This document shows, piece after piece, positions 63,146 through 64,000 of a DNA stretch of 64,000 nucleotides. The translations under genes and the position numbers were made by a program. Source of the DNA: Kofleriaceae bacterium (GTDB taxonomy: Bacteria > Myxococcota_A > Polyangia > Haliangiales > Haliangiaceae); contig CBDCCZ010000011.1 of assembly GCA_965215005.1 (NCBI GenBank), forward strand, positions 49,652 through 113,651. The letters run 5' to 3'. The notes beneath the pieces were generated by a model. That model was given only the letters and a program-made list of their open reading frames with translations, was not told where the DNA came from and searched no databases. The stretch's first letter is position 1. Every line of letters starts with the position of its first letter.

Positions 63146-63939
63146 CAGGTCGACCACGTTGGCGCAGCATCGAGACGAAGGCGGACCACGAAATCTTGCA
63201 GCGCGGCCACCGATCTCGGCTCGTCGGGCAGCTGGCTCGCCTCGTGCGCCTCTTGAAGCTTTGCTTCCAGTCGGTCGAGAAGATCGCCATGCTGGTCCAT
63301 GTCGCGCTCGTCGAGAGCCATCTTTTCCGCGCCGGTGCGCTTGCGGGCGACCAGCTCATCGATCTCGCTGAACCGAAAGCGGTTGTTGAGCACCTGGATG
63401 TTGGCGACGACCTCGCCGGTCTCCATGAGGTGAATGCCCGTGAGCAAGACGCGATAGGCGTAGAGCAGGTGCTTGACCGTTGGATCGGGTTCTGCGAGGC
63501 GTTTGCGCCGCCCCCGCGCGAAGCCTTCGTAGTGCCGCGCGGTAGGCTTGGTCACGCACCCTCTGCCGAGCTCCATCAGCTCTTCGTGAGCCGGGGTGGA
63601 CAGCACGACGAGCGGCGAAAATAGCTGTTCGAGCACGTAACCATTGTGGTTCGTCATCAGCCGCGCGAACTTGCGAAGGTCATGCGCGACATAGTCGAGG
63701 TCAATAGTGGATTTGTCCTCGATGGTGATGGTCTCGGCGGGCGGGTGGAGTCCGAGCATCTCGCTCGCCGGCAGCAGGAAGGCGCCCCGTAGATCGACGT
63801 CGCTATCCGGAGAGGCGAAGCCGTAGAGGTGAGCGCCACTGATGGTGGCGAAGACGGGGGCCGGCCCCTCGCGCGCCACTTGGGCAAGGTAGTCGCGATC
63901 GAGCATCTCCCGAATCTCGCGCTGCTGCTCGGGGTTCAT
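63145..63939 (-). CDS. Pol-beta superfamily nucleotidyltransferase (RlaP/YcgL-like, short form)
   Basis: SGAHLYGFASPDSDVDLRG, NGYVLEQLFSP, K.LLYAYRVLLTGIHL; GGAGG RBS. Confidence 0.92.
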   Translation of the reverse strand: MNPEQQREIREMLDRDYLAQVAREGPAPVFATISGAHLYGFASPDSDVDLRGAFLLPASEMLGLHPPAETITIEDKSTIDLDYVAHDLRKFARLMTNHNGYVLEQLFSPLVVLSTPAHEELMELGRGCVTKPTARHYEGFARGRRKRLAEPDPTVKHLLYAYRVLLTGIHLMETGEVVANIQVLNNRFRFSEIDELVARKRTGAEKMALDERDMDQHGDLLDRLEAKLQEAHEASQLPDEPRSVAALQDFVVRLRLDAAPTWST

Positions 63940-64000
63940 CTCGGCGCCTCCGGTAGATATAGGTACATACCGCTCATGAGCCTATTTTCGCACTGAGGCC

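Overview
GC-rich bacterial chromosomal segment whose gene content and style suggest Myxococcota (many lipoproteins, PP2C, ECF/FecR-TPR cassette, Cys-rich surface proteins); the taxon is an inference. About 58 CDSs are supported, with family calls made from motifs recognised by eye, not database searches. From left to right: a TPR tail, a TetR pair with operators, three lipoproteins with sigma54-like promoters, GH13 amylase plus LamB-like porin, an oxidoreductase-SelD fusion, housekeeping enzymes, PP2C, an orphan DNA methyltransferase, a two-permease RND pump, a MqsA-like antitoxin with a short toxin-like ORF, dinB, hemJ, a DHH phosphoesterase, a DUF547-thioredoxin fusion, a minor-pilin/ECF sigma/anti-sigma run, a tandem di-heme (four CxxCH) oxidoreductase operon, a BlaI-M56-TolC-MFP-CzcA metal-efflux operon, and an accessory-looking right end with decayed genes and two tandem Pol-beta (RlaP-like) nucleotidyltransferases. 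No rRNA, tRNA, CRISPR array or transposase was recognised. The best candidates for under-described systems are (1) the His/Cys-rich M56 protease plus BlaI repressor controlling metal efflux, with a shared operator seen at two sites, (2) the tetraheme DHOR/beta-propeller/DUF192 lipoprotein operon, and (3) the translationally coupled nucleotidyltransferase pair.
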